Both the position numbers and the translations under genes were made by a program. The notes under the pieces were generated by a model that was not told the origin of the DNA, ran no database searches, and saw only the letters and a program-made list of their open reading frames with translations. 59,416 nucleotides of DNA from Candidatus Geocrenenecus huangii (GTDB taxonomy: Archaea > Thermoproteota > Nitrososphaeria_A > Caldarchaeales > Wolframiiraptoraceae), in NCBI GenBank assembly GCA_023254095.1, contig JALNLM010000005.1:56383-115798 (forward strand). The letters are read 5' to 3'. Positions 49,088-58,432 of this stretch are shown here, piece after piece (the first letter of the stretch is position 1; the number at the start of each line of letters is the position of its first letter).

Positions 49088-50551
49088 CTAATTTTTCTGA
49101 GAATTCAGATTCTGTGGGTCGGGGTACTCTTTGTATACTGGGTTCTTCCAGACATAGTATACTGTAGGGATAGGAGTTTTCTTCAAGGCTTCAGCCATTG
49201 CCTCAATATCTCCGTAAACTACTTTCTTTAGTAGCTTGGCATCTCTCTTAAACTTCGGATTATACGTCTTCAACATGATCTTCTTCAACCTCTTCAAGAC
49301 AGGCTTATCTAATGTCTTCAATACCTCCAAGTTGTGTTTTTTCGATTGTATCATATCCAGTCTGAATCCCATCTCCTCCAGTCTCCTATAGATGTACTCG
49401 ATCATTTCCGAAGGCCTAGTATCTATTCTCATCATCCCGGCTTTCTCGAGGAATGGGTGGTACCTGGCCATTGCTGCAAGGCACTCAATATACGGGACAC
49501 CTAGCAAAGGCATAGTCTCTCTAATTAGCTTGACCGAAAGCCCTATACCTCTATACTTAGGGTGAACTATTATTCTCGCAAGCCTCCTAAAACATCTATT
49601 AACATAGTCTAGATAACTTTTTCTAGATTTTCTACTTAATTCTCTTAGATGTGTAAAGGCCTCATATCTCGCCTTCAAGTATGCATGCGGGTATGTGTAT
49701 AGAATTACGCCGACTACTTTCCCTCCTAGCTTTGCACGGTAGATCTTCGACCCCCATCCTCTAAACCCACCTTTATAATGCCAAAATTCTAAGCTTTTGA
49801 GATCTCTCATATCACCTTGCTCAATAACAATGTTTTTCATTAAACTACATTCTCTAGGTTCAGGCTTGAAGTATTCTATCTCGACTTCTGGGCCTAAACC
49901 TTTTCTTATCAAGATGTTTGGGTTCGCATCATAGATCAAATCTTCATGGGTAGTGGCCACAACTAGAGTTATCCCCATCTTACGGCATATCTTCTGGATT
50001 AGGTAAGCTACAACCTTCGCCGTCTCTCTATCAAGGGTTGCGCAGAATTCATCAAACACTAAGGTCTTGGCATTCTTATCTAAGGCTTTAGCAAGCTTAT
50101 ACCTATATTTTTGCCCATCACTTAGCTCTTCATATCTTCTCAAGTAAATGTAGGCGTCGCTGAGACCAGTATAGTTAAGTATCTCTAGAGCCTGCTGAAA
50201 TGATTCACCAACACCATGTATCACCAACTCGTTTCTTCTTATGGCGATGTTTCTCTCGGTTACGATCGGCATAAATTCTTTATGTTTACTCATTTCCTCA
50301 GCAAGCATTAATAGGAGAGTTGTTTTCCCTCCCCCGCTCTCCCCCGTAACATATACGATGTCGCCGGGGTTGATGTCTACCTCAAATTCTCTGAACAACG
50401 TGAATGCTTTCTCCTCATCTATCCCTAAACCGAATGCTCTAGCAACTTCCACCGTCCTTCTAGTTACAGGAGCAATAACTCTAAACTCTTTATCTACTCG
50501 GAAAAGTTTCTGGAATCTATAGCTGGGCCTATACTTGATCTTGAGCTTCAC
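49088..50551 (-). CDS. ABC-type ATPase fused to GNAT (Mom-like) acetyltransferase
   Basis: GESGGGKT, LSDGQ, LVFDEF, ATTH; then WHY and RLARIIVHPKYRGIGLS acetyl-CoA motif; no TM domain. Confidence 0.85.
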   Translation of the reverse strand: MKLKIKYRPSYRFQKLFRVDKEFRVIAPVTRRTVEVARAFGLGIDEEKAFTLFREFEVDINPGDIVYVTGESGGGKTTLLLMLAEEMSKHKEFMPIVTERNIAIRRNELVIHGVGESFQQALEILNYTGLSDAYIYLRRYEELSDGQKYRYKLAKALDKNAKTLVFDEFCATLDRETAKVVAYLIQKICRKMGITLVVATTHEDLIYDANPNILIRKGLGPEVEIEYFKPEPRECSLMKNIVIEQGDMRDLKSLEFWHYKGGFRGWGSKIYRAKLGGKVVGVILYTYPHAYLKARYEAFTHLRELSRKSRKSYLDYVNRCFRRLARIIVHPKYRGIGLSVKLIRETMPLLGVPYIECLAAMARYHPFLEKAGMMRIDTRPSEMIEYIYRRLEEMGFRLDMIQSKKHNLEVLKTLDKPVLKRLKKIMLKTYNPKFKRDAKLLKKVVYGDIEAMAEALKKTPIPTVYYVWKNPVYKEYPDPQNLNSQKN

Positions 50552-50569
50552 GCCAAAGATATGTGTAAT

Positions 50570-50576
50570 AAAAAAA
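50570..50576 (-). terminator. Oligo-T terminator candidate after capsid gene
   Basis: T7 tract ~30 nt downstream of the MCP stop on the minus strand. Confidence 0.4.
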
Positions 50577-50606
50577 TATTGGTGTGAGAATCGGATAGTC
50601 GAGGTT

Positions 50607-51560
50607 CTACTGGCTTAGGGTATTCTTGATTATGTAGACTGCGTCTGGTCTAAGTATTCTCCACGCAAACCTCTCGGAGGCCACGATTATTGTTAATCCT
50701 TTCTTCACATCTCTATCTCTCTCGATAAGAATCCTTCTTCTATCTCCACCAACAGCTGCTAGGCTTGGATTACATATTATCACATCGCTAACTAGGGTCT
50801 GGTCAGCTGCTGAGTAATTTCTCCGAGACAGATAGCTTGTCTCAATAATCTTCACACCGTATATCGTTGGTAATTCTCCAGACGAGATAACTTGAGATGA
50901 GAGAGTATCTAAGCCTTTATCTGAGAGGTCTTTTCTAAGATAGGAGGCTGCAAACGGATTCAGGAAACAGACTAAATTATCAGCATATCCTTGTTCTTCA
51001 AAGTATGATAAAGCATTACTGATATCATTTAATGTTAGAGCGTTTTTCTCTAAGTCTACTATCTTAGCTTCATCTGAAGCTGTTAGCCTCGATAAACCCG
51101 TGAATAGATTATAGGCGTCAGACCCTGACCCGTCGCCTGTTAAGGCATTTCTTTCTTCACATTCTGCGAATTTCTTACCTAGATGAAGTACACTTCTAGC
51201 GATTACATCTATCTTGGCTTCCTCTGACGCTACGTCCGTAATCGATGTCCATGCACGTATCTCTTTAGCTATGAGCTCCACAGGTGTACCGAACAATATC
51301 TTGCTCTCCTCGATCTCCGCTCCTTCTGAAGATGGAGAGTACACCTCCACCGTTCCTGACTCGACATACCATTTTACTATATCTGAATCCATCGTTATCC
51401 AGGGGAATAGCTGTCTAACGTATGTCTTCTTCCATACATATTCTATGATATCTCTTGCAACTACCTCCGGGATTTCCGGAAAACCTGTATCTCCGCTTGT
51501 CAAAGCTTTATAGAATTCTAGGTATGCTTCAAAGCTTTTACCGATATCTAACTTATTCAT
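50607..51560 (-). CDS. Major capsid protein (HK97-like fold)
   Basis: After the protease; IPEVVARDII, SEGAEIEES, EERNALTGDG, LPTIYGVKI, ERFAWRILRPDA. Confidence 0.9.
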   Translation of the reverse strand: MNKLDIGKSFEAYLEFYKALTSGDTGFPEIPEVVARDIIEYVWKKTYVRQLFPWITMDSDIVKWYVESGTVEVYSPSSEGAEIEESKILFGTPVELIAKEIRAWTSITDVASEEAKIDVIARSVLHLGKKFAECEERNALTGDGSGSDAYNLFTGLSRLTASDEAKIVDLEKNALTLNDISNALSYFEEQGYADNLVCFLNPFAASYLRKDLSDKGLDTLSSQVISSGELPTIYGVKIIETSYLSRRNYSAADQTLVSDVIICNPSLAAVGGDRRRILIERDRDVKKGLTIIVASERFAWRILRPDAVYIIKNTLSQ

Positions 51561-51586
51561 GTATGCTATACCCTACAGAAGATTAT

Positions 51587-52771
51587 TTAGTCTGAGAATT
51601 CATCGTAAATCTCCCTGTAGAGTTTAACCAGCATAGATGACTTATCCAATCTATGGTCTCTACTATTATTCTTAGAGACCAGTTCATCTTTTACAATGAG
51701 CCCTTTCTCAGTATTCTCAGAGTCGGTCTGAATACTCTTATACATTACATGTTTCTCCAACTTCTCCAATCTATTGTGTATGTCTTCAATTACTCTTACA
51801 TCAACTGTTCCGAGATAGCATGCTCCTAGAGATTTCTCAGACCTCTTCCATGGGACGATATAGTTTTCAGTTAGAAAACCTTCTTCAATCATACGGTTAA
51901 CAAGTTTCTCTAATGCTTCCTTAACTTCAGCTGGAGGGCTAACCCCCCTCGCTCCACTGGCATACTTGACCGCCGTCATTATGCCACTCGTAACTAACAC
52001 GGGTTTCCCATCAACGATGTCGCCTACCGGCCATGAGTAATCACTTCTATTCTTTCCGTCGCCTTCGACTACCAGAAATAGCTTAGAAGCTTTCTCTCTA
52101 TCAATCGTCCCATCTTCTCTCTCAGCCCAATCGAGTATTCTTTTAGCTGCTTCTCTACCATCCCATTCCCCCCTCTCAACAATTTTTAAGTCGTAGTCTA
52201 CTTTCTCAAGCCGTAAAGGTTCATTCATGTATTCTTCAGGATCTGTACTAGTTATTTCTCTGAGAAAACCATTTGAGATACTGTAGGATTTACCAAGTAT
52301 CCTTATTATTTTAGCTGAAGGATTTACTCCTCTAGGTGTAAGGCTTACCTCACGTATCTCTGCTTCCTCGATAATGTTTATATCTCCAACACGCTTGAGC
52401 TTCTTCACAACCCCTCCTATGCTTAATGCTTTCAATACTCCCTTCTTTACATAATCCCAGATTTCGCTAAATGCACGGTATATCCCCGCTTTAATCTTTA
52501 ATGCTTTATCCTCTATCCATGCATCAATTATTCTGCCGACCGGCTTACCGCCTATACCGCTCTCTCTACCATGTAGTAGCAGTATAGGTTTACCCTTAAG
52601 ATTCCGAGCATTCTCTATCAACACCTCTGGCATTATCTTATCACCTTCAAGATCGACGTCCGCCGTTGACGCGATACCTTCAAAGAATCCGATAAATTCT
52701 TCTTCTGCAATATCTTCTTTGACCATCACTGGTTCTAGGAACAATATCGTTTGGAATGCTTTTTCAGACAT
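51587..52771 (-). CDS. HK97-type prohead protease with C-terminal extension
   Basis: FEGIAST..VDLEGD, LLLH, PVG, ALSIGG, EVSLTPRGVNPSA. Confidence 0.9.
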   Translation of the reverse strand: MSEKAFQTILFLEPVMVKEDIAEEEFIGFFEGIASTADVDLEGDKIMPEVLIENARNLKGKPILLLHGRESGIGGKPVGRIIDAWIEDKALKIKAGIYRAFSEIWDYVKKGVLKALSIGGVVKKLKRVGDINIIEEAEIREVSLTPRGVNPSAKIIRILGKSYSISNGFLREITSTDPEEYMNEPLRLEKVDYDLKIVERGEWDGREAAKRILDWAEREDGTIDREKASKLFLVVEGDGKNRSDYSWPVGDIVDGKPVLVTSGIMTAVKYASGARGVSPPAEVKEALEKLVNRMIEEGFLTENYIVPWKRSEKSLGACYLGTVDVRVIEDIHNRLEKLEKHVMYKSIQTDSENTEKGLIVKDELVSKNNSRDHRLDKSSMLVKLYREIYDEFSD

Positions 52772-52797
52772 TTCTGAGAACCCATAGTAGGCTAAGA

Positions 52798-53205
52798 TTA
52801 TCTTTTTGAGAATTTGACCATCTTTTTAGTAGTATTATTCACTATTGTTACAGCTTTCCTCGTAGTTGTGATAAGCCCTAGCTGAGATATGAGTGAAACA
52901 GCAGAATCCAACGGTAAGTTTAGGAAGCCCATCAAGATGCCTATAGCTAATCCATGAATCACCGTCTTCAAGAATTCTCCCCAATTGAAATATAGTTTCT
53001 CCCCGTAGATCTTACTCCATATAATCAAGCTGACTAAGTATGCGGTCTCCTCTACTTTTTCATATTCATTTTTTTCATCAAGTATCTTCTCAGCGATCTC
53101 TCTTGGATCTATTTCAAAGCTTCCAACAGTATTCTTAAGATATCCGAGGATAGAGTAGATCGTGCCTGCTATCAAACCTAGAATTACGTGGGTATAGTTC
53201 ATCAC
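52798..53205 (-). CDS. Small membrane protein, holin-like candidate
   Basis: Two to three hydrophobic segments and a basic C-terminus; first gene of the structural operon. Confidence 0.5.
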   Translation of the reverse strand: MMNYTHVILGLIAGTIYSILGYLKNTVGSFEIDPREIAEKILDEKNEYEKVEETAYLVSLIIWSKIYGEKLYFNWGEFLKTVIHGLAIGILMGFLNLPLDSAVSLISQLGLITTTRKAVTIVNNTTKKMVKFSKR

Positions 53206-53447
53206 AGAAAAACGAAGCCTGATCCCTTAATCATCTGAGAAAATGATCTATCCTATTTTAAATCATGTTAAATATTTCTAGATGTTTTATGGATTGAACG
53301 ACGTTTACATTATTTGAAAACTCTTTATCATCGTGAAAACAGGAGCAAAAACCTGTTCAACTATGTCTCACCCTACACTTTTCCTTTACTTTTCAAAAGA
53401 CTTATATCCATCTACATTGATGGTTAGTGAGGTAACTTGGTGAGAGA

Positions 53448-54461
53448 TTGGAGAAGAAGTTTAAGGTCTTGTTCCTCTTCGTATTGTTACTAGGTTTCTT
53501 AACAACGGGGATAGCTCAACAAGTTATAACGACTACGACTACTACCGTCTTAACTATTCCCGGAACAACGTATGTTACGACATTTGAGGGTGGAGAAAGT
53601 ATAGTGACCATGATTGTTCCAAGATACACCATGATAATTGTAGAAAAATATCCGGATAAAACATGCACTATAGTAGTGAAGCCCCTAAAACCTGAAGATG
53701 GGGTGATAGAGATCCCCGGTACAACTATAACTGTCCCGGGCGCAACTATGCAAACAGTAATAACCGAGCCTACGATAAAATATTCTACAATCTATGAAGA
53801 AGATGGAGTCACAACCACGACAGGATATACAGTTATAGAGTTCGCTACTACGATGTATGGCCAGACATTCTCTATGCCTTTCCCTATCTACGCAGAAATA
53901 GTGTCAAGCTGTCAGACAATACAAGTATTAGAAGAAGTAACAATTATTATGGGAAGTGTTCCTGCTACACTATATTATGCATATCCTGAGATGACGTACT
54001 CGTTTGAGGGGACGACAATCACTCTTGAAGGTGTGGAAGAAATACCGTTATCAACGCTAACAACCATAACTATCACGCCTGGAACAACGTATACTGAGAC
54101 AACATTATTCCCTGGAACAACGATATCCACTGTTGTAACTTTACCGGCCGGAGCCCGCACAATAACTGAGCCTGAGAAAACAATAACATCCACGATAACC
54201 TATGTAACAACGCTTCCTGAATCAACCCCGAAGACAGTTACTACGACACCCACGACTACCACTAAGTCAGAGACCAGCCCAACAAGCATAGCCACAACTA
54301 CGTCGGCAGCCACCTCGATTAAGACTGAGACAACCAAGCCTAGTGTAGAGGCTGCTGGACTGCCTCTCGAAATGATTGTTGGGGTAGTGGTTGTAGTAGC
54401 AATTGTAATAATTGGGGTAGCTGTATTACTCTTTAGGAGAAGCGTGAGCAGAATCAGATAG
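53448..54461 (+). CDS. Thr-rich membrane-anchored cell-surface protein
   Basis: Signal peptide, repeated PGTT motifs, Thr/Ser linker, C-terminal TM and RR tail. Confidence 0.85.
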   Translation: MEKKFKVLFLFVLLLGFLTTGIAQQVITTTTTTVLTIPGTTYVTTFEGGESIVTMIVPRYTMIIVEKYPDKTCTIVVKPLKPEDGVIEIPGTTITVPGATMQTVITEPTIKYSTIYEEDGVTTTTGYTVIEFATTMYGQTFSMPFPIYAEIVSSCQTIQVLEEVTIIMGSVPATLYYAYPEMTYSFEGTTITLEGVEEIPLSTLTTITITPGTTYTETTLFPGTTISTVVTLPAGARTITEPEKTITSTITYVTTLPESTPKTVTTTPTTTTKSETSPTSIATTTSAATSIKTETTKPSVEAAGLPLEMIVGVVVVVAIVIIGVAVLLFRRSVSRIR

Positions 54462-54744
54462 AAGAACAAGTTCAACATGAAAGAAAAACCCATACCTACA
54501 GTTACTTGTGGATACAATAAGCTGGTCTAGTTCACAATATCCGACTCATATGATGTGCTAACCTGATAAAGCATAGTATATCTGGGGCATTAAACTATAC
54601 CAGTGAAAACCTCAACAACAGTTCTCCAGGAACGAGTGTAAGGATCATCTGGGGTCCTTCCTAACCCTTAACAATTCTAAAGATTCACTACCTTTTCCTC
54701 CTAGGAGATGGTGACCGTTATGGATGCAGGCATGTAGATCTATG

Positions 54745-54829
54745 TGCGGGGGGTGGGATTTGAACCCACGAACCCCTATGGGACAGGAGCCTCAGTCCTG
54801 CGCCTTTGACCAGGCTTGGCTACCCCCGC
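54745..54829 (-). tRNA. tRNA-Leu(GAG), integration target
   Basis: Acceptor GCGGGGG/CCCCCGC, anticodon arm CAGGA-CTGAGGC-TCCTG, long variable arm, GGTTCAAATCC. Confidence 0.96.
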
Positions 54830-55006
54830 ATCCATTATCAGAAATTCCTCCATCTCTGGGAAGGCCTGTATAAGAAGCTTGATGTCCGCAACAGCCTGTA
54901 GAAGGCGTTTCTTTGCCCGGCATTTTGCAAGCCTCAAGTTTTCAGGCTTAATGGTTTCTCCAGCCACATAACCCGTTAAAACCTTCTTTTCCCACCTGCT
55001 CAGCAT
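54776..55006 (-). pseudogene. Integrase N-terminal fragment int(N)
   Basis: Reads into the att repeat in the same frame (FLIMDAGVAKPGQRRRTEAP) as int(C). Confidence 0.85.
54786..54846. repeat. att direct repeat, copy 1 (5' half of tRNA-Leu plus 17 nt upstream)
   Basis: Identical to 59290-59350 (GGAGCCTCAG...ATCAGAAATT). Confidence 0.97.
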
Positions 55007-55280
55007 ATCTTATTAATGTGGCGGCCAGGGTAAAAACGTTTCAGGCCGTTGAAGCTAGGCGTTTCCATCCATAGAAACATGAAAAAATAGAAAAAAGCCT
55101 GGATTTTAAGGTTTTACACCGTGATATTTAAACTTTTCTGCATAAATCATTTATGTAGAAAGACACGCCTTTATCTATGTGCCAAAATATTATTAATAAT
55201 AGATGAAAGGCATGAAAATTATTATAATAACATCTCACACCTTTAATCATATACAAATGTATATTAGAATCTAGAGGCAA

Positions 55281-55640
55281 AAAATTAACATAAACATGTT
55301 AATTTTCACATGTTTAAGATAAAAAATTAACACGTTCATGTTAAGTTTTGTACCGTTTGTTTCTAAGCCCAAAACAAAGGTTTCAAGCCAAAATAAGCTC
55401 AATCTGAGCTTTTCAGGCAAAAAGAAGCTTTTTCCAAGCTTAGAAACAACCGGGACAAAGCTACGGAATCCGTAACAAAACATTATAATTCTTTAGCCAG
55501 TATTTAAACCCCATTAAAGAATTATAATCTAAAATGCACAATTTTGTACATTATAATACCCGTCTAAAAGAGAAAACTTTATATACTATTGCATCATAGT
55601 ATTTAAACTTTTCTTTTTTACACTTCTATATAAAGTTTTC
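55281..55640. repeat. Cluster of inverted repeats in an AT-rich non-coding region (candidate origin/operators)
   Basis: AAAATTAACA-N6-TGTTAATTTT at 55281 and a near-copy at 55323; IR 55347-55368/55438-55459; perfect 14-bp IRs at 55482/55515 and 55572/55627. Confidence 0.75.
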
Positions 55641-55852
55641 ATAGCTTAAAAACACACCTTCCTCAAAATCTGATAAAATACTAGGATGTGGCCACAATTT
55701 GAGTTATTTTTTAGCTTTTTAGTCCTAGGGGTAAAGGGGAAAAGTGCTCCTTAAACAATAAAAATTAAATATAAAAAAATTTAACTAGGATGGCTTCACC
55801 TATATTTAAAAATAACGTAAGGTTTATAAATAACCTAATATATATTTTATGT

Positions 55853-56035
55853 ATGAAATTGAGTTTAAAGCACAGAAAAAATAATAAAGGAGAAAAGGTA
55901 GAGTTTAGAAAAGCATTTAACTTATACCGCAGTATAGTTATTACTCTCCCCAAAGACTTCTGCAAAAGTGGAGACTATATTATCTTGAAGAAGATTGGGG
56001 AAAAAATAGTTTTAAAAAGGGTTGATTATTCATGA
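55853..56035 (+). CDS. AbrB/SpoVT-like small DNA-binding protein
   Basis: RKAFNLYRSIVITLPKDF..GDYIILKKIGEKIVLKR. Confidence 0.65.
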   Translation: MKLSLKHRKNNKGEKVEFRKAFNLYRSIVITLPKDFCKSGDYIILKKIGEKIVLKRVDYS

Positions 56036-56196
56036 CTGAATATGTTTCTCAAACATTCAGAGTAAGAAAGAGGCCTGCAGTATTTCTGCCAAAAGGTTTC
56101 TCTACTGGAGAATTAGTCAGGGTTAAGGTTCTGCAAAACGGTAAAGTAATCATTGAACCAATTAGCCTGTCCAAGGCAGATTTATATGAATATTGA
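56032..56196 (+). CDS. Second AbrB-like small protein (54 aa, not in ORF track)
   Basis: MTEYVSQTFRVRKRPAVFLPKGFSTGELVRVKVLQNGKVIIEPISLSKADLYEY; ATGA overlap with the previous gene. Confidence 0.62.
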   Translation: MTEYVSQTFRVRKRPAVFLPKGFSTGELVRVKVLQNGKVIIEPISLSKADLYEY

Positions 56197-56229
56197 TTTG
56201 GGGGTGAGGAAACGTGAACTCTATGAGAG

Positions 56230-58068
56230 GTGATTTTCACGGCCACGTTTCCTCAAGAATATAGTGGTAGAAGGGGGGATAAAAGTCTTTCCCCATTATT
56301 AGAGACAGCGCTCACACCTTTCTACCTAAATTTTATTGTCTGCCCATTCAAACTAAAGCATGATGGTGGAAAAGTAAAGAAGACGCCTTTAATGAGGCCT
56401 GGAGACCTTGATAGATGGAGAAAAGAGGGGCAGAGTATAGAAGAGAAGAAAAATCTAGAATGGAGAAATGCTGACGGTCTAGGAATTTTCCTGGAAAAGA
56501 TAACTTTGAATAATGAGACCTTCTACCCAATTGCTATAGACGTTGATGCTGGAGAAGATTTCTGGAGACCATATCTAAAACATCTGCCCATAACACATCT
56601 TGAGAAGACGCCAAGAGGCGGCCTACATGCATTTTATCTCTCAAAGCATCCGCCAGAGAGATCCATGTCCATTGATCTTGGCGGCGGGAAAAGGGTTGAG
56701 TTTCTTTACGGAAAATGGGTAATAATCTATCCATCAAGCGGGTATCAAAAACTAAATGATTCATCATGGCGGGTTGTAGAAGATGCCTACAGCATATTCC
56801 TCAGGTTTACTGCTGAAGTAGGTGGAAGCATTGAGGCTGATGGGCCACGGCTAGAAGAAGATGACTCCCTTAAACATTTGAAGAAGAAGTTTCTTGACAT
56901 CATCAATGATAGGATAGCGTACAGGGGGAGCGGCTACCTCCTTATCCATTGCCCACTACATGCTCCAGATAAGAATCCAAGCATGGTCTTCTACAATAAT
57001 ACAAACCTGATCATAGATTTCCATGATGGAAGAAAGTATCTGTTGAAGGATTTCCTGGAAAAATATTTTGAAGTAGTTGGTGGGCGGGAAGAAGATGGAA
57101 AAAGTGAATGCTTATCCGTTAAAAGTTTAAGGGAATACGTTGAAGGGGCGGAAGAGATAGAATATATTGTTGAGAACCTTCTTCCTAAAGGATCCTTAAT
57201 CTTATTGTATGGCCCTCCAGGTTCTGGAAAATCTTTCCTAACCCTTGATCTCCTAGCAAAAGTATCTGAAAATAAAAAGGTGTTTGATTACTTTAATGCT
57301 TCTCAAGCGGCCACACTCTTAATTGACGCTGAGAATTCACCTAGTTTATTGAGGGATAGATTGAGGTTTCTGAAGGGTTCAGGTGAAAATATCTTATTTA
57401 TGTCCACTCCCTTCAGTATTACGTCAAAGAAAAATCTAGACTTTCTAGAAAATGTTATAATGGAGAAAGGTGTGAAATTAATTGTTCTGGATAACTTTTC
57501 ATCTCTGAATCCAAAAATTGATGAGAGAGACTCAATCAGAGTATATCACCTACTCAATAATTTGAGGAAGATTGCTTTAAAAACACATTCATGCATTATA
57601 CTCATCCACCACGTGAGGAAAAACCAGCCCTTCAGCATTTCACCATTAGAAGAAATTAGGGGATCAACAGTTCTCTCAGCCGTCCCAGACATAGTTATAA
57701 AGATGGAGAAGCTGAGGGATTTTTTCCAGTTCACGGTTGTTAAGAATAGGATAAGTAACAATTTTCAGAGCTTACTACTGGAGCTTGAGGAAGGAGGGTT
57801 CAGGTTTCTGCAGAATGTTGAAGGCGGCGTTGATGAAAATATGTCCGCATGCATCCGTTACGTTGAGGAATTTGCAAAAACGGCCACAGGCAACGTCTTC
57901 TCACCTAAAGAGATTGCTGAAAGCTCACATTATTCACGTAACTTAATCTATAAGGCTATATCACTTCTCCAAGCAACTGGGAAGATAAGAAAGATTAAGC
58001 GGGGCTTCTACAAGTATGTTCTACAAACAACTCTATCTAATCCAGGTGATGAAGAAGAATATGAATAA
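56230..58068 (+). CDS. Replication protein: primase-polymerase + Zn motif + RecA-type (AAA_25) helicase + wHTH
   Basis: AIDVD and TPRGGLH (AEP prim-pol), CPLHAPDKNPS, GPPGSGKS, IVLDN, LIHHVRK, IRGS. Confidence 0.9.
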   Translation: MIFTATFPQEYSGRRGDKSLSPLLETALTPFYLNFIVCPFKLKHDGGKVKKTPLMRPGDLDRWRKEGQSIEEKKNLEWRNADGLGIFLEKITLNNETFYPIAIDVDAGEDFWRPYLKHLPITHLEKTPRGGLHAFYLSKHPPERSMSIDLGGGKRVEFLYGKWVIIYPSSGYQKLNDSSWRVVEDAYSIFLRFTAEVGGSIEADGPRLEEDDSLKHLKKKFLDIINDRIAYRGSGYLLIHCPLHAPDKNPSMVFYNNTNLIIDFHDGRKYLLKDFLEKYFEVVGGREEDGKSECLSVKSLREYVEGAEEIEYIVENLLPKGSLILLYGPPGSGKSFLTLDLLAKVSENKKVFDYFNASQAATLLIDAENSPSLLRDRLRFLKGSGENILFMSTPFSITSKKNLDFLENVIMEKGVKLIVLDNFSSLNPKIDERDSIRVYHLLNNLRKIALKTHSCIILIHHVRKNQPFSISPLEEIRGSTVLSAVPDIVIKMEKLRDFFQFTVVKNRISNNFQSLLLELEEGGFRFLQNVEGGVDENMSACIRYVEEFAKTATGNVFSPKEIAESSHYSRNLIYKAISLLQATGKIRKIKRGFYKYVLQTTLSNPGDEEEYE

Positions 58069-58432
58069 TTTGAAGAATTTCATCATGTCTGAAAAAACAA
58101 AAATTGCCTTCAAGTGTAGAAGATGTGGAAAAAAGTCAAGTTTTGAGATTAATGGGGTGTTAAAATGTAGTTACTGTAATGAGGTTTACACCTACAACTG
58201 CTTGTTCTGTGGCCATGTCTTCAGGGTGGGGGAAAGAGTTGAATACTGTGTAGTGTGTGGATGGTTCAAGTGTCCAAGGTGTGGAAAATGTGGATGCATT
58301 ATTAAATTTATTTTAGACTTCTATAAGAAGAATAGGAAAAAAATAATTAGGGAGCTTCAGCAGAAGCGTCTTGCAAGGTATAAGGGGACGGCTGTTGAAA
58401 AACTCCTCACACTCTTTAGACTGATTGAGTAG
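58061..58432 (+). CDS. Multi-Cys zinc-finger protein
   Basis: Five CxxC pairs plus CGC; overlaps the rep stop. Confidence 0.72.
   Translation: MNNLKNFIMSEKTKIAFKCRRCGKKSSFEINGVLKCSYCNEVYTYNCLFCGHVFRVGERVEYCVVCGWFKCPRCGKCGCIIKFILDFYKKNRKKIIRELQQKRLARYKGTAVEKLLTLFRLIE

Larger units (their letters stand above)
32434..53205 (-). mobile_element. Head-tail (Caudoviricetes-like, siphovirus-type) morphogenesis cluster: defective provirus or GTA-like element
   Basis: Terminase, portal, prohead protease, capsid, adaptor, gp10, tail tube, chaperone, tape measure, tail tip; boundaries approximate because no att repeats were seen. Confidence 0.88.

Noticed and set aside
49088-50551. ABC transporter ATP-binding subunit
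   Set aside because: No permease or binding protein nearby, and it is fused to a GNAT domain.
50607-51560. Encapsulin nanocompartment
   Set aside because: The shell gene sits with a prohead protease, adaptor, tail, portal and terminase, indicating a virion-type particle.
53448-54461. Thr-rich PGTT repeats as a repeat array or diversity-generating target
   Set aside because: These are low-complexity protein repeats with divergent codons; no reverse transcriptase or template/variable repeat pair was seen.
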